From NCBI GenBank assembly GCA_044869655.1, contig JBIOXM010000042.1:1-40315 (forward strand): a stretch of 40,315 nucleotides of DNA, given 5' to 3'. Below the pieces are notes generated by a model. The model was not told the DNA's origin. It saw only the letters and a list, made by a program, of their open reading frames with translations, and ran no database searches. A program made the position numbers and the translations under genes. Source of the stretch: Nitrososphaeraceae archaeon (GTDB taxonomy: Archaea; Thermoproteota; Nitrososphaeria; Nitrososphaerales; Nitrososphaeraceae). Below are positions 9,666-19,850 of this stretch, piece after piece (the first letter of the stretch is position 1; every line of letters begins with the position of its first letter).

Positions 9666-10892
9666 ATGGCGTTAGATACTGGTGATACTGCATGGATGAT
9701 AGTCGCAACAGGACTTGTCATGTTAATGACACCTGGCTTGGGATTCTTTGAAGCTGGTTTAATTCGATTTAAGAATGGTCTTTCAGCAATAATGCACACA
9801 TTTTCTGGGCTGGCAATTCTTTCCACCCTGTGGTTTATTGTTGGTTTTACTTTGGTCTTTGGGCCTACTCAAGGAGGTATAATAGGAGGATTAGATCATG
9901 TTTTCTACAATGGCGTAAAGGTTCATGAAGGATATGGAGTAAATGTTACAATTCCTGGAGTGACTTTTGCTACCTATCAAATGATGTTCGCTGTTATTAC
10001 TCCTCTATTAATTTCTGGTGCATTTGCCGAAAGAATGAAGTATAGTGCTTTTTTCATATTTGCCATAGCTTGGAGCCTATTCATTTATTTTCCAGTAGCT
10101 CACTGGATCTGGGGAGGCGGATGGTTAGCACAACTTGGTGTATGGGACTTTGCAGGTGGTATAGTAATACATACAACCGCAGGTATGGCAGCTCTTGCTG
10201 CGGGACTTGTATTCGGAAGGAGGAAGAATTTTGGACCACAAATAATGGTCCCCCACAATTTACCACTAGCGGTAGTAGGAGCTACTATGTTATGGCTGGG
10301 ATGGTTTGGATTTAATGCTGGTAGTGCAGTAGCTGCTAATGGCGTTGCAGGAAACGCTCTTTTGACATCGCAAATAGGAGCTTCAACATCTACGTTAGTG
10401 TGGCTATTTTTATCATGGAAACGTTCAGGAAAACCCTCTATAGCTGCCGTCATAAATGGTGCAATAGCTGGACTCGCTGGTATTACCCCTGCTGCTGGTT
10501 ACATCAGTGGAGAATCTGCTTTTATTCTGGGGATCATCCTAGGATTTGGATCATACTATGGTATAGTATTATTCAAAGAAAAATTAAAGATAGACGATGC
10601 ATTAGATGTTAGTTCCGTTCACGGTGTAACAGGTATTTTAGGTGCTTTAGCAATAGGAGTCGCTGCTAGTCCTTTGATAATGCCAAATGGACCTGTAGGA
10701 TGGATACATGGAAATCCAGCACAACTAGGTATACAGGCATTTGGAATTGCCGTGGCTGCAGCCTTTGCGTTTGTTGTATCCATAGCAATTTTCAAGATCA
10801 TAGATAAGACTATTGGCCTAAAAGTATCAGACGAAGAGGAAGAAGCAGGCTTGGATATAACGCAGCATGCAGAAAAGGCATTCAATGACTAG
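9666..10892 (+). CDS. amt: Ammonium transporter (Amt family)
   Basis: LVMLMTPG, YQMMFAVITP, FAERMK, DFAGGIVIH, LWLGWFGFNAGS and DDALDVSSVHG (both pore His present); about 11 TM segments. Confidence 0.98.
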   Translation: MALDTGDTAWMIVATGLVMLMTPGLGFFEAGLIRFKNGLSAIMHTFSGLAILSTLWFIVGFTLVFGPTQGGIIGGLDHVFYNGVKVHEGYGVNVTIPGVTFATYQMMFAVITPLLISGAFAERMKYSAFFIFAIAWSLFIYFPVAHWIWGGGWLAQLGVWDFAGGIVIHTTAGMAALAAGLVFGRRKNFGPQIMVPHNLPLAVVGATMLWLGWFGFNAGSAVAANGVAGNALLTSQIGASTSTLVWLFLSWKRSGKPSIAAVINGAIAGLAGITPAAGYISGESAFILGIILGFGSYYGIVLFKEKLKIDDALDVSSVHGVTGILGALAIGVAASPLIMPNGPVGWIHGNPAQLGIQAFGIAVAAAFAFVVSIAIFKIIDKTIGLKVSDEEEEAGLDITQHAEKAFND

Positions 10893-10897
10893 CTTCC

Positions 10898-10915
10898 AAA
10901 TTTTTTTCTTTTTTA
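10898..10915 (+). terminator. Oligo-T archaeal terminator after amt
   Basis: T-run tttttttctttttt just after the stop codon. Confidence 0.55.
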
Positions 10916-11055
10916 ATTAATAAATCAAAATAAATTTTATCATATTTCTATATTAATTAGTTAGCAATTAAGCAAGAGTCTTAAATATATAAAGAAACTG
11001 CTTTTAATTCACATATGATTTATATAATATATGTTCATGGATAAAATAGATACAA

Positions 11056-11595
11056 ATGCCAATAGATCCAGACTTTCCAAAAAATAATCAAGTAATTGGT
11101 AAAATCCAACTTTCAGATGGTGAACATTTTCACTATAGATGGGGCCCAGGTAACCCAAAAGGTGAATCATTCGAAAATGAAGAAGTAAAAGCAGCCTATG
11201 CTGCAAGAGGCGAAGAACAAGTTCCATTAGGTGTAAGTGGTACCATGGTAGCCGTTGATTGGGATTCTTGTGTAGCAGACGGTGCATGTATTGAAGCCTG
11301 TCCAGTTCAAGTATTTCAATGGTATAGAACAGAAAAGGATGTTCCTGCCAAAGATGCCCATACAGAAACATTTGAAGGAACTGGCTCTGCAGTAAAGGAA
11401 GAAAGAAAAGATTATACAGATAAAGCCGATCCTATCAGAGAACATGATTGTATCTGGTGTATGGCCTGCGTTTCAGTTTGTCCACCACAAGCAATCAAAG
11501 TAGATCAAGCTGCATTAGAATTCCATGAAAAAGCAGAAGGAACATACAATGCGTCAATTTCAACAGGAGGAGCTCCACCACCACATGCTCACTAA
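11056..11595 (+). CDS. Dicluster ferredoxin related to archaeal zinc-containing ferredoxin (Zfx type)
   Basis: CVADGACIEACP and CIWCMACVSVCP motifs; N-terminal PIDPDF extension; GTMVAVDWDSC; KADP. Confidence 0.93.
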   Translation: MPIDPDFPKNNQVIGKIQLSDGEHFHYRWGPGNPKGESFENEEVKAAYAARGEEQVPLGVSGTMVAVDWDSCVADGACIEACPVQVFQWYRTEKDVPAKDAHTETFEGTGSAVKEERKDYTDKADPIREHDCIWCMACVSVCPPQAIKVDQAALEFHEKAEGTYNASISTGGAPPPHAH

Positions 11596-11596
11596 A

Positions 11597-11611
11597 TCTT
11601 TTTTTTATTTA
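11597..11611 (+). terminator. Oligo-T terminator after ferredoxin
   Basis: tcttttttttattt directly after TAA. Confidence 0.5.
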
Positions 11612-11721
11612 ATACAATAAATTATTTTAGTTTCGTTTAAAAATTTTTTAGGAAATATCAGATTACTATTAATCAGTTATAAAGAACTTCATAGTAAGTA
11701 TTTCTTCGACAGACAATAATA

Positions 11722-12318
11722 ATGGTTGTTATAACTGATTCCTATATGGGAATATTTACTCCAACAGATATATCTGATAGAATAATACAATTTATTGAAA
11801 AAAAAATTGAATTTCCATTTATTAAGGAAGATGAAATAGTTGGAATATTTTATTTGTTTGGAAAAGATAATAAAGTAACTAGTGAATTAGAAATCTTATC
11901 TGTTAGAAATATAGCAAAAAAGACTATGGAACAACAAGCTAGAAACATTAAAATCTTTCATGAATTTAAAGAAAATAAACTTGATTCTGAGTTTATAAGA
12001 GAAGAATATAACAAAAGAATATTACAAATAAGCATAGAAGAACAAATGTACTTGTCTTCCCCTTCACATCTGCGTTCTAGAATAGTAGGAGATCCAACAA
12101 TTCAATCCAACTGCTTTGAACAGCATATTGCATATTATAAACAAGATTATTTTTATGAACTATTTAAACAACCTTTTAAAAAAACAGAAATTCCATTTTA
12201 TCTAATCAATAAATTGGAGAGAAGAATGCTTATGTTATGTTATAATGTATCTGATTCCTCAAAACTACCTTACAATAACACAGTATATCCATTTTTTCAA
12301 TGGTTAAATGACAGGTAA
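11722..12318 (+). CDS. Hypothetical protein
   Basis: 198-aa ORF with coding-like composition; no motif recognised. Confidence 0.75.
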   Translation: MVVITDSYMGIFTPTDISDRIIQFIEKKIEFPFIKEDEIVGIFYLFGKDNKVTSELEILSVRNIAKKTMEQQARNIKIFHEFKENKLDSEFIREEYNKRILQISIEEQMYLSSPSHLRSRIVGDPTIQSNCFEQHIAYYKQDYFYELFKQPFKKTEIPFYLINKLERRMLMLCYNVSDSSKLPYNNTVYPFFQWLNDR

Positions 12319-12560
12319 AGAAAATTTGATTTTACTTAAACAAAAGAATTTTTTTCAGAATTAACAATTACATATTAATAATAAATTTAAGTGAATTTTC
12401 TACAATGTTCTTATGCTTGTTGTATAACTACTTTTAAAAGTAAGAAAAGTCATCTACTGATATGTACAAATTGTATTTATTATTATTATTATTTCAATCG
12501 TCTTGAAATTTCTTTTTATTTAGTAGTTACCACAAAATACATTAGTAAGAAAAGTGTAAA

Positions 12561-12998
12561 TTGAATATGGAACAACAAACTAAAGCAGATTATGAATTGT
12601 TACTTGATAGACTTCATAATAAATTAGGAACAACAGCTAAAAAAGAAGTCTCTAGATTAGAATTACCTGTTCCACAAATAATTTGGGTTGGCCAGAGAAC
12701 AATATTTAGAAACTTTATGGATTTTCCAAAAGCATTACGTCGCGATCCAGAAAAATTATTACTATATCTTAATAAAGAGCTTGCTTCGGCTGGTTATATT
12801 AACGGTGATAGAGTTATTTTTTTAGGACGTAAAGTGCGCTCATCATTTGGTGCGTTAATTGATAGATATGTAAAAGATTATGTCATATGTCCAGTTTGTG
12901 GTAGCCATGATACAAGAACAGAAAAAAATAAAAAATTAGGCTTTTTATTGTGTGAGGCATGCGGAGCAAAATCTTCTATCAAAGGCAATTATGCATAA
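12561..12998 (+). CDS. eif2b: Translation initiation factor aIF-2 subunit beta
   Basis: YELLLDR, TIFRNF, ELAS and the zinc ribbon YVICPVCGSHDT...LCEACGA. The start is probably ATG 12567. Confidence 0.95.
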   Translation: MNMEQQTKADYELLLDRLHNKLGTTAKKEVSRLELPVPQIIWVGQRTIFRNFMDFPKALRRDPEKLLLYLNKELASAGYINGDRVIFLGRKVRSSFGALIDRYVKDYVICPVCGSHDTRTEKNKKLGFLLCEACGAKSSIKGNYA

Positions 12999-13141
12999 TT
13001 AATTATTAATAACAATATTTCAATAGTCCTTTTTTATAAGAACTGTGATTCAACGATGATCCTCTACTTTCTAGAAAATATGATTTTATTGATAAAAAAA
13101 TTATTTTCATTTTTATTTTCTAATGTACATAGGTGTACCCC

Positions 13142-13561
13142 CTATTCTACATGTTGTTTTATTCTATTTTCAATTTGTCCTTTTGGTAACGCGCCAACCA
13201 TTACATCAATAACCTGTCCTTCTTTCAAGATCATTAGAGTGGGAATACTTTGAATTCCAAATCTTTGTGATATGTGAGGATTTTCATCTACATTTACCTT
13301 ACCAAATACTATTTTTCCAACATATTGCTCTGCTAATTGTTCTATTATGGGTGATACCATTTTACATGGACCACACCACGCAGCCCAAAAATCTACTACT
13401 AACAAAGAGTATTTTGATTTCTCTATATCAAAATTTGAATCGGTGAGATCAATAGGCTTGTTAATTTTTTTTATTTCATTCATCGATCTCAATTTTTCTT
13501 CTAGGATCTCTTTTTTTCTTTTCATAATAGCAGAAATCTCCTCATCTTCTGTAATTGGCAT
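13142..13561 (-). CDS. trxA: Thioredoxin with N-terminal helical extension
   Basis: VDFWAAWCGPCK active site; cis-Pro motif SIPT. Confidence 0.96.
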   Translation of the reverse strand: MPITEDEEISAIMKRKKEILEEKLRSMNEIKKINKPIDLTDSNFDIEKSKYSLLVVDFWAAWCGPCKMVSPIIEQLAEQYVGKIVFGKVNVDENPHISQRFGIQSIPTLMILKEGQVIDVMVGALPKGQIENRIKQHVE

Positions 13562-13670
13562 ATTTTTTTTTTTGGTATACTATATTTAATTTGTATGATA
13601 TTATGTTTCATTTAATTTTCAAACTTATTCTCTTATTTCCAACGATATCTAATTATCCGGCCTTATTCAT

Positions 13671-14261
13671 TTGAATATAATTAATATGATCAATAATGAT
13701 AATTTTGTGGAAAAAGATGAAAAACAAATCAACGATAATAGTGATTCCTTAAGAGAAGAATTGGAAAAAACAAAAATTGAATTAGAAGAAACAAAAAAGA
13801 AAGCAGAAACAAATCTTAACAAATTAAAGTATATGATGGCTGATTTTGACAATTATAGAAAACAGATAGAAAAACAAATGACTTCTACTATAGAATCAAA
13901 TAAATCTAATCTTCTTTCTCTATTTTTAACTGTTCATGATGATTATCAGAGAGCATTCAATATAATAAAAAAGAATAAAGATCTTGATAAGGTTGTTCTT
14001 AATGGATTAGAAGGTATTTTAAAAAAATTAGATAACATTTTGAAATCTGAAGGTATAACTCCAATTGAAACAATAGGAAAGATTTTAGATCCAAGCAAAC
14101 ATGATGTAATTAGCTTCTCATATAATGATGATCTTCCAGAAAATACTATTACAAATGAAATACGTATCGGTTATATGCTTAATGACAAAGTTCTGAGACC
14201 CAGTCTAGTTGAAATATCCAAAAAAAATATAATGAACAATAATATAGATGAATCAAACTAA
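13671..14261 (+). CDS. grpE: Nucleotide exchange factor GrpE
   Basis: ADFDNYRK, DPSKH and GYMLNDKVLRPSLV; upstream of dnaK. The start may be ATG 13686. Confidence 0.95.
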   Translation: MNIINMINNDNFVEKDEKQINDNSDSLREELEKTKIELEETKKKAETNLNKLKYMMADFDNYRKQIEKQMTSTIESNKSNLLSLFLTVHDDYQRAFNIIKKNKDLDKVVLNGLEGILKKLDNILKSEGITPIETIGKILDPSKHDVISFSYNDDLPENTITNEIRIGYMLNDKVLRPSLVEISKKNIMNNNIDESN

Positions 14262-14281
14262 AATATAGGTGATTATTAAAG

Positions 14282-16198
14282 ATGGGAAAAATTATTGGTA
14301 TCGATCTAGGAACTAGTAACTCTGCAGCAGCAGCAATGATAGGCGGTAAACCTACAATAATACAAGCAGCGGAAGGTGCTTCAGTTGGTGGAAAAGCTTT
14401 TCCATCTGTAGTAGCGTTTACAAATACAGGTGAGTTGTTGGTTGGAGAACCAGCCAGAAGACAAATGATATCCAATCCTGAAGGAACTGTTTATGCTGCT
14501 AAACGCAAGATGGGTACAGATTTTAAATTTAATGTAAGAGGAAAGAGTTATACTCCTCAGCAAATTTCTTCATTTATTTTACAAAAGATAAAAAAAGATG
14601 CTGAAGCATTTTTGGGAGATACAGTGGATAGAGCTGTTATTACTGTACCAGCATATTTCAATGATAATCAGAGACAAGCAACAAAAGATGCAGGTGATAT
14701 AGCAGGATTACAGGTAGTAAGGATTATCAATGAGCCTACTGCCGCTTCACTTGCTTACGGATTAGATAAAATTCAAAAAGATTTGAAAATTATGGTTTTT
14801 GATTTTGGGGGAGGAACATTGGATGTAACTATTATGGAAATGGGTGGAGGAGTGTTTCAAGTTAAAAGTACCTCCGGAGATACTCAACTTGGAGGAACCG
14901 ATATGGATAATGCTATTATTGAATATATTTTACAAGAATTCAAACAACAAACAGGATTAGACGTAAGAAACGATAAAGCTGCTATGATGAGAATAAGAGA
15001 AGCAGCAGAAAAATCAAAAATAGAATTATCTAATCTCGTATCAACTGAAATAAATCTTCCATTTTTAGCTTATGATCCTTCTACTGGACCAAAAAATCTT
15101 ATAATTAATCTAACACGTTCAAAACTGGAAGAACTCTTAAGACCAATTGTTGAAAAAACTAAGAATCCTATGCAACAAGCAATCCAAGATGCCAAACTTA
15201 CTCCTGCAGAGATTGATAAAATTATTATGGTTGGAGGACCAACTAGAATGCCTATAGTTAGGCAATTTGTTGCTACAATAATGGGTAAAGAACCTGAAAG
15301 AGGAGTTGATCCAATGGAAGCAGTCGCTCTGGGTGCTGCAATACAAGGGGCTATTATTGCAGGGGATATTTCATCAGATATTTTACTTGTAGATGTTACT
15401 CCATTAACTTTAGGACTGGAAGTTTTAGGAGGTCTTAAAGAGGCATTAATAGAAAGAAATACAACTATTCCTACCAAAAAAAGTAAGGTTTTTACAACCG
15501 CGGCAGACTATCAATCTGCAGTTACCATTCATGTAGTACAGGGAGAAAGACCTATGGCTGCAGATTGTGTTTCATTAGGAACTTTTAACCTTACCGGTAT
15601 TCCACCTGCTCCTAGAGGAGTCCCTCAAATCGAAGTAACATTTGATATTGATGCAAATGGAATTCTAAACGTTACTGCCAAGGATTTAGGTACTTCTAAA
15701 GAAGCAAAAATAACTATTACAGCAACCACAAAATTATCGAAAGATGAAATAGAAAAACTAAAGAAAGAATCAGAACAGTATTCTGAAGCAGATAAGAAAA
15801 AGAAAGAAGAGGCAGAAATTAGAAATGAAGCTGAAAATCTTGTCTATTCGGCAGAAAAACTAGTTAGCCAAGATTTCAAAGACAAAATTAAACCTGAACA
15901 AACAGAAAAGATAAACAAGGCAGTACAAGAATTAAAAGATGTCATTGCTAGTAATAATATTGAAAACCTAAATGACAAAATTAAGGAAACAAAGAATCTA
16001 CTCGCTGAAATAAGCACAGAAATTTATAGAACAGTTGGAGCAGCAAATCCAGCCGCCGGTGGTGGACAGGGAACAACAACTACTACTGAGGATTTCACAA
16101 ATCAAAGTGAAACTAACAGAGGAGATAATTCAAATCCTACTGCTGATACATCTAATAATAGTAGTTCTACAGATAAATCTACATCGCCTGGCTCCTAA
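14282..16198 (+). CDS. dnaK: Chaperone DnaK (Hsp70)
   Basis: [35 protein letters not shown] and [15 protein letters not shown]. Confidence 0.99.
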   Translation: MGKIIGIDLGTSNSAAAAMIGGKPTIIQAAEGASVGGKAFPSVVAFTNTGELLVGEPARRQMISNPEGTVYAAKRKMGTDFKFNVRGKSYTPQQISSFILQKIKKDAEAFLGDTVDRAVITVPAYFNDNQRQATKDAGDIAGLQVVRIINEPTAASLAYGLDKIQKDLKIMVFDFGGGTLDVTIMEMGGGVFQVKSTSGDTQLGGTDMDNAIIEYILQEFKQQTGLDVRNDKAAMMRIREAAEKSKIELSNLVSTEINLPFLAYDPSTGPKNLIINLTRSKLEELLRPIVEKTKNPMQQAIQDAKLTPAEIDKIIMVGGPTRMPIVRQFVATIMGKEPERGVDPMEAVALGAAIQGAIIAGDISSDILLVDVTPLTLGLEVLGGLKEALIERNTTIPTKKSKVFTTAADYQSAVTIHVVQGERPMAADCVSLGTFNLTGIPPAPRGVPQIEVTFDIDANGILNVTAKDLGTSKEAKITITATTKLSKDEIEKLKKESEQYSEADKKKKEEAEIRNEAENLVYSAEKLVSQDFKDKIKPEQTEKINKAVQELKDVIASNNIENLNDKIKETKNLLAEISTEIYRTVGAANPAAGGGQGTTTTTEDFTNQSETNRGDNSNPTADTSNNSSSTDKSTSPGS

Positions 16199-16259
16199 CA
16201 TGTCCAAAGATAAAAATAATCCATTTTTTATTTAATATTGATTCATTACGGGATTATTT

Positions 16260-17399
16260 ATGGCTAACAAACGAGATTATTATGAAATTTTAGAGATACA
16301 AAAGAATGCTTCTAAAGATGAAATTAAAAATACATACAGAAAACTAGCATTAAAATACCATCCTGATCGGAATAAATCACCAGGTGCAGAAGAAAAATTC
16401 AAAGAAATTTCTGAAGCTTATGCAGTTCTTTCTGATGATGAAAAAAGAAAAAGATATGATACTTATGGACATGTAGGAGCAGAAGATGTATTTAGAGGAT
16501 CTGAAGCAAACTTTGAAGAGGTCTTTAGAGATATGGGGTTTGGTGGCTTTGCAAAAACTATTTTTGAACAAATGTTTGGTGGTAGAGGAGGAGCAGGAGG
16601 ATTCGAAGGATCTACTAATCCATTTGGTGGTTTTAGTTTCAACATAGGAGGTAATAGAAGAAAAGGTAGAGATATTCTCTATGATATGGAACTCTCATTA
16701 GAAGACGTTGTAAGAGGAAAAAAAGATGAGATTGAATTACCAAAGTTTGAAAGTTGTAACGATTGCGGTGGAACAGGAGCTGCCCGTGGAACTAAACCAC
16801 GTACATGCAATACTTGTAATGGTCAAGGTCAAACTCGTAGAGTTTATAATCAGAATCGTTTTTCCACCTTTATTTCGTTAGAGCCATGTCAAACTTGTAA
16901 TGGTAAAGGCCAAACGATTGATAAACCTTGTACTATTTGTCTAGGATCGGGTAAAATAAAACAAAATAAGAAATTAAAAATAAATATTCCCTCAGGGATT
17001 GAAGATGGGATGACTTTGCAACTAACTGGAGAAGGTGAATATTCGGAGCAAGGACCTCCTGGAGATCTCTTAATTAGACTTCACGTTTTACCTCATAATT
17101 TGTTTGAGAGGTTAGAAGATGGTCATGTATTATATAATCTAAATCTTGACTACCCTAGTCTAGTATTGGGAACCGAAATTAAAGTTCCTACTTTACATGG
17201 TTATGAGAAATTAAAAATTCCTGGAGGAACTCAAGCAAATACCATTTTAAAGATTAAAGGAAAAGGATTACCACGTTATGGCACATATGGCAAGGGAGAT
17301 CAATTAGTAAGGTTATTGGTCAAAATTCCTAATAATCTTACAGAAAAACAAAAATTACTTTTGAAAGAATTAAATAAAGAATTTTCAAAATATGAATAA
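16260..17399 (+). CDS. dnaJ: Chaperone DnaJ
   Basis: J domain with HPD, a G/F-rich linker and four CxxCxGxG repeats. Confidence 0.99.
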   Translation: MANKRDYYEILEIQKNASKDEIKNTYRKLALKYHPDRNKSPGAEEKFKEISEAYAVLSDDEKRKRYDTYGHVGAEDVFRGSEANFEEVFRDMGFGGFAKTIFEQMFGGRGGAGGFEGSTNPFGGFSFNIGGNRRKGRDILYDMELSLEDVVRGKKDEIELPKFESCNDCGGTGAARGTKPRTCNTCNGQGQTRRVYNQNRFSTFISLEPCQTCNGKGQTIDKPCTICLGSGKIKQNKKLKINIPSGIEDGMTLQLTGEGEYSEQGPPGDLLIRLHVLPHNLFERLEDGHVLYNLNLDYPSLVLGTEIKVPTLHGYEKLKIPGGTQANTILKIKGKGLPRYGTYGKGDQLVRLLVKIPNNLTEKQKLLLKELNKEFSKYE

Positions 17400-17753
17400 C
17401 TTTTAATATAAACTAATTTTGATCATACATTCTTTGTATCCATTTGTTAATTCTTTTTGAAAAAGACCACTTGGGATTGTTTTCTTGATATTGATAGCAT
17501 AACGCGAAAACAAAAAATTTGATTTATGAGAGTTTTTTGGGATTTTAATACCTATTCTAAAAAATTTCAAACAAACAAAAAAATAATGCAATGGATAAAC
17601 TATAAAAAATTTGGTCTATAAAGAGATATTACAGTATATTTTATTTTATTATTATGCAAGTTAAATCTACCCTTAAATCTAACCAGTATCTTTTTGATTT
17701 AAGTTTGTTAATTAACTTTACAATACTAATAAAATAACCTCTTAAGATTATCA

Positions 17754-18056
17754 ATGATAATGGAATTTTCATTTTTATATTCCTCAAGCTTATTAGCTTT
17801 CATTATAGGTATTGCAGCTACAGTTTTAACCCGCTATAGTAGCATTCCCCAGATAATAAAAGGCTTCAAAACTAAAAAAATGGATGATGTATCATTTTGG
17901 CTAATTTTTTATCTAACAGTAGGCTTATTTCTTTACGTAATTTATGGAATAATTATTGATGACGTTATAATTATCTGGGGAAACGCAATAGGTGTAATTT
18001 CAAATCTAATCCTAATTATTCTCAAAATTAAATATTCTATTAAATCATTTGAATAA
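17754..18056 (+). CDS. SemiSWEET / PQ-loop family small transporter
   Basis: Three TM helices, IPQIIK motif, DVS, YGI and IIWGN. Confidence 0.85.
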   Translation: MIMEFSFLYSSSLLAFIIGIAATVLTRYSSIPQIIKGFKTKKMDDVSFWLIFYLTVGLFLYVIYGIIIDDVIIIWGNAIGVISNLILIILKIKYSIKSFE

Positions 18057-18199
18057 TGATGCTTAAATATATCTTTATTAAGTAGTTCTCATGAATAATT
18101 AGAAATATATTATGTCAATAAAGTTTAGCAATTACTTAATTTTTTTTTACTATTATAGTTAAAAGGGTTCGATGGCTTACAAAATAAAGATCTTTTACT

Positions 18200-18694
18200 T
18201 TGAGCTCGAAGAAGAAAATAAAGATTGAATTGGAAGATGATGAAGGGAGTAAGTATAACCTCTCATTAGAAGGTAATTTTTCAAAGGAAAAGATATTACA
18301 AGTTATTGAGCTTATGGATCTTGTACGATCGGATTCTTCTCGAGCAATAACTAATCCTGTACAAGAAAAGAGCAAGACTTTATCTGTTGATTCAAAGATT
18401 TGGAATATAATTGAGGAATCTTTTTATTTTAATACATTTACTTCTTCTGATATTGTCAATATTTATAAAAAAAAATATAATGAGACAATCAAATTAAGTA
18501 TTATATCAACCTATCTTGCAAGATATTGTTTAAAAGGTAAATTAAATAGAACGAAAAGACTAAGAGAATATATGTATAATTTAGTGAGGAATTCATCAAC
18601 TAAGACAGATTCTATTAATGAGATAGTTTCATCTGATGATAATAAAATTGTATATGATGTTAGAAGAAAGACAATAGATGATCTTAAAAATTAA
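18200..18694 (+). CDS. Conserved hypothetical protein with predicted C-terminal winged helix
   Basis: FTSSDI..Y..KY.E.IKLS.ISTYLARY..KG.L.R pattern is wHTH-like; N-terminal beta hairpin plus helix. Confidence 0.75.
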   Translation: MSSKKKIKIELEDDEGSKYNLSLEGNFSKEKILQVIELMDLVRSDSSRAITNPVQEKSKTLSVDSKIWNIIEESFYFNTFTSSDIVNIYKKKYNETIKLSIISTYLARYCLKGKLNRTKRLREYMYNLVRNSSTKTDSINEIVSSDDNKIVYDVRRKTIDDLKN

Positions 18695-18797
18695 TTTAAA
18701 TATTTATATAAAATGAATTAACCAATTTTAATAACTATAGATTGCTATTAATTAAATTACGCTATTGATATTCTGTAAAATAAAATAATTTTGGAAA

Positions 18798-19406
18798 TCA
18801 AAAATCTCCAAATCCGCCTGCATCGAATCCTCCAAAATCTCCCGTATCTCCTGTATCTGCTCCGCTACTGCTCGATTCTTCCATACTTGATTCATCTCCT
18901 CCAGTACCTTCTGCTCCACTTTCACCTGCCATCGATTGTTCCATGGGATTTAAAGCCATACCTAAAAAAGACATCATAGTCATAAAGAATAAAACATCTA
19001 TTATTCCTGAAAATATCATTAATGGTACCCATGATCTATTATTTTCCATATATGTTTGCAATTGAGCTCTATCTCCTTTCCCATTGTTATACATCTTTTG
19101 AGCTTGATGCCACTTGCGTTCTAATTCCTCTTTTTTAGAATTCAAGAGTCTAATTCCTGTATCTGTAATAGAAATCTTGATTTTTTTGTTACCAAAAAAA
19201 CCTCTTTTCTCCTTTTTCATGATTAGTCTTTGAATTAAAAGATCATTTATTATTAATTCTACTTCTTCCTTGTTAATTTTTAGAACTTTTGCAATTTTAT
19301 TTGAATCTTGTATTCCTCTAGCAATGGCATCAAGTACCATAAAATGACGTGGACTATCGTTAATTCTTACTTCAGAAGACACTCCTTTATAATATGCTAT
19401 ACTCAT
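18798..19406 (-). CDS. Hypothetical membrane-anchored winged-helix protein with acidic Gly/Phe-rich tail
   Basis: N-terminal VLDAIARG..SNKIAKVLKINKEEV..ITDTG (wHTH-like), a hydrophobic segment WVPLMIFSGIIDVLFFMTMMSFLG and the tail DFGGFDAGGFGDF. Confidence 0.75.
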   Translation of the reverse strand: MSIAYYKGVSSEVRINDSPRHFMVLDAIARGIQDSNKIAKVLKINKEEVELIINDLLIQRLIMKKEKRGFFGNKKIKISITDTGIRLLNSKKEELERKWHQAQKMYNNGKGDRAQLQTYMENNRSWVPLMIFSGIIDVLFFMTMMSFLGMALNPMEQSMAGESGAEGTGGDESSMEESSSSGADTGDTGDFGGFDAGGFGDF

Positions 19407-19850
19407 TTAAATCCTTTTTTGATAAGAATTCATATCAATTGTTGTTCCTACTCTAATGGTATAGAACAAATATTGAATAGTTAGTTCTAAAGTATCTAAA
19501 TATATAATCACTTATTATATTTATAATAACATAAAATTAATAACAAATTAAACTAGATGATAATTCCAAAACTAAGTAAAAAAAGAGGAATTTATATTGT
19601 ACTTTATACTCAAATATATCTTACCAAATGTACAATTAGTTACATAATAAAATAAAAAGAAAGTATCTTTTTTAAAATCTATTATATAAATAATTTAACA
19701 TTCGTATATGAAATGTTATAACTATTAAATAAGCAACAAAATATTTCGGCAATAGCTAAATTATGGCAAATAGTGATATTTTAAGTTGATCTCATAAACT
19801 TTAAGGTAATTAATTGTTAAAAGTGTCTATTAAACAACTTTATATATCTC

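Noticed and set aside
9614-11445. Many short alternative-frame or antisense ORFs over amt and ferredoxin
   Set aside because: Expected from the locally higher GC and codon bias of these genes.
13056-16645. Short ORFs overlapping trxA, grpE, dnaK and dnaJ
   Set aside because: Shadow ORFs with no independent signals.
17403-17591. 62-aa minus-strand ORF after dnaJ
   Set aside because: AT-rich, F/K/I-biased and without motifs; not supportable as a gene.
19407-19850. Replication origin in the long AT-rich gap
   Set aside because: No ORB-like boxes with G-string and no adjacent cdc6/orc1.
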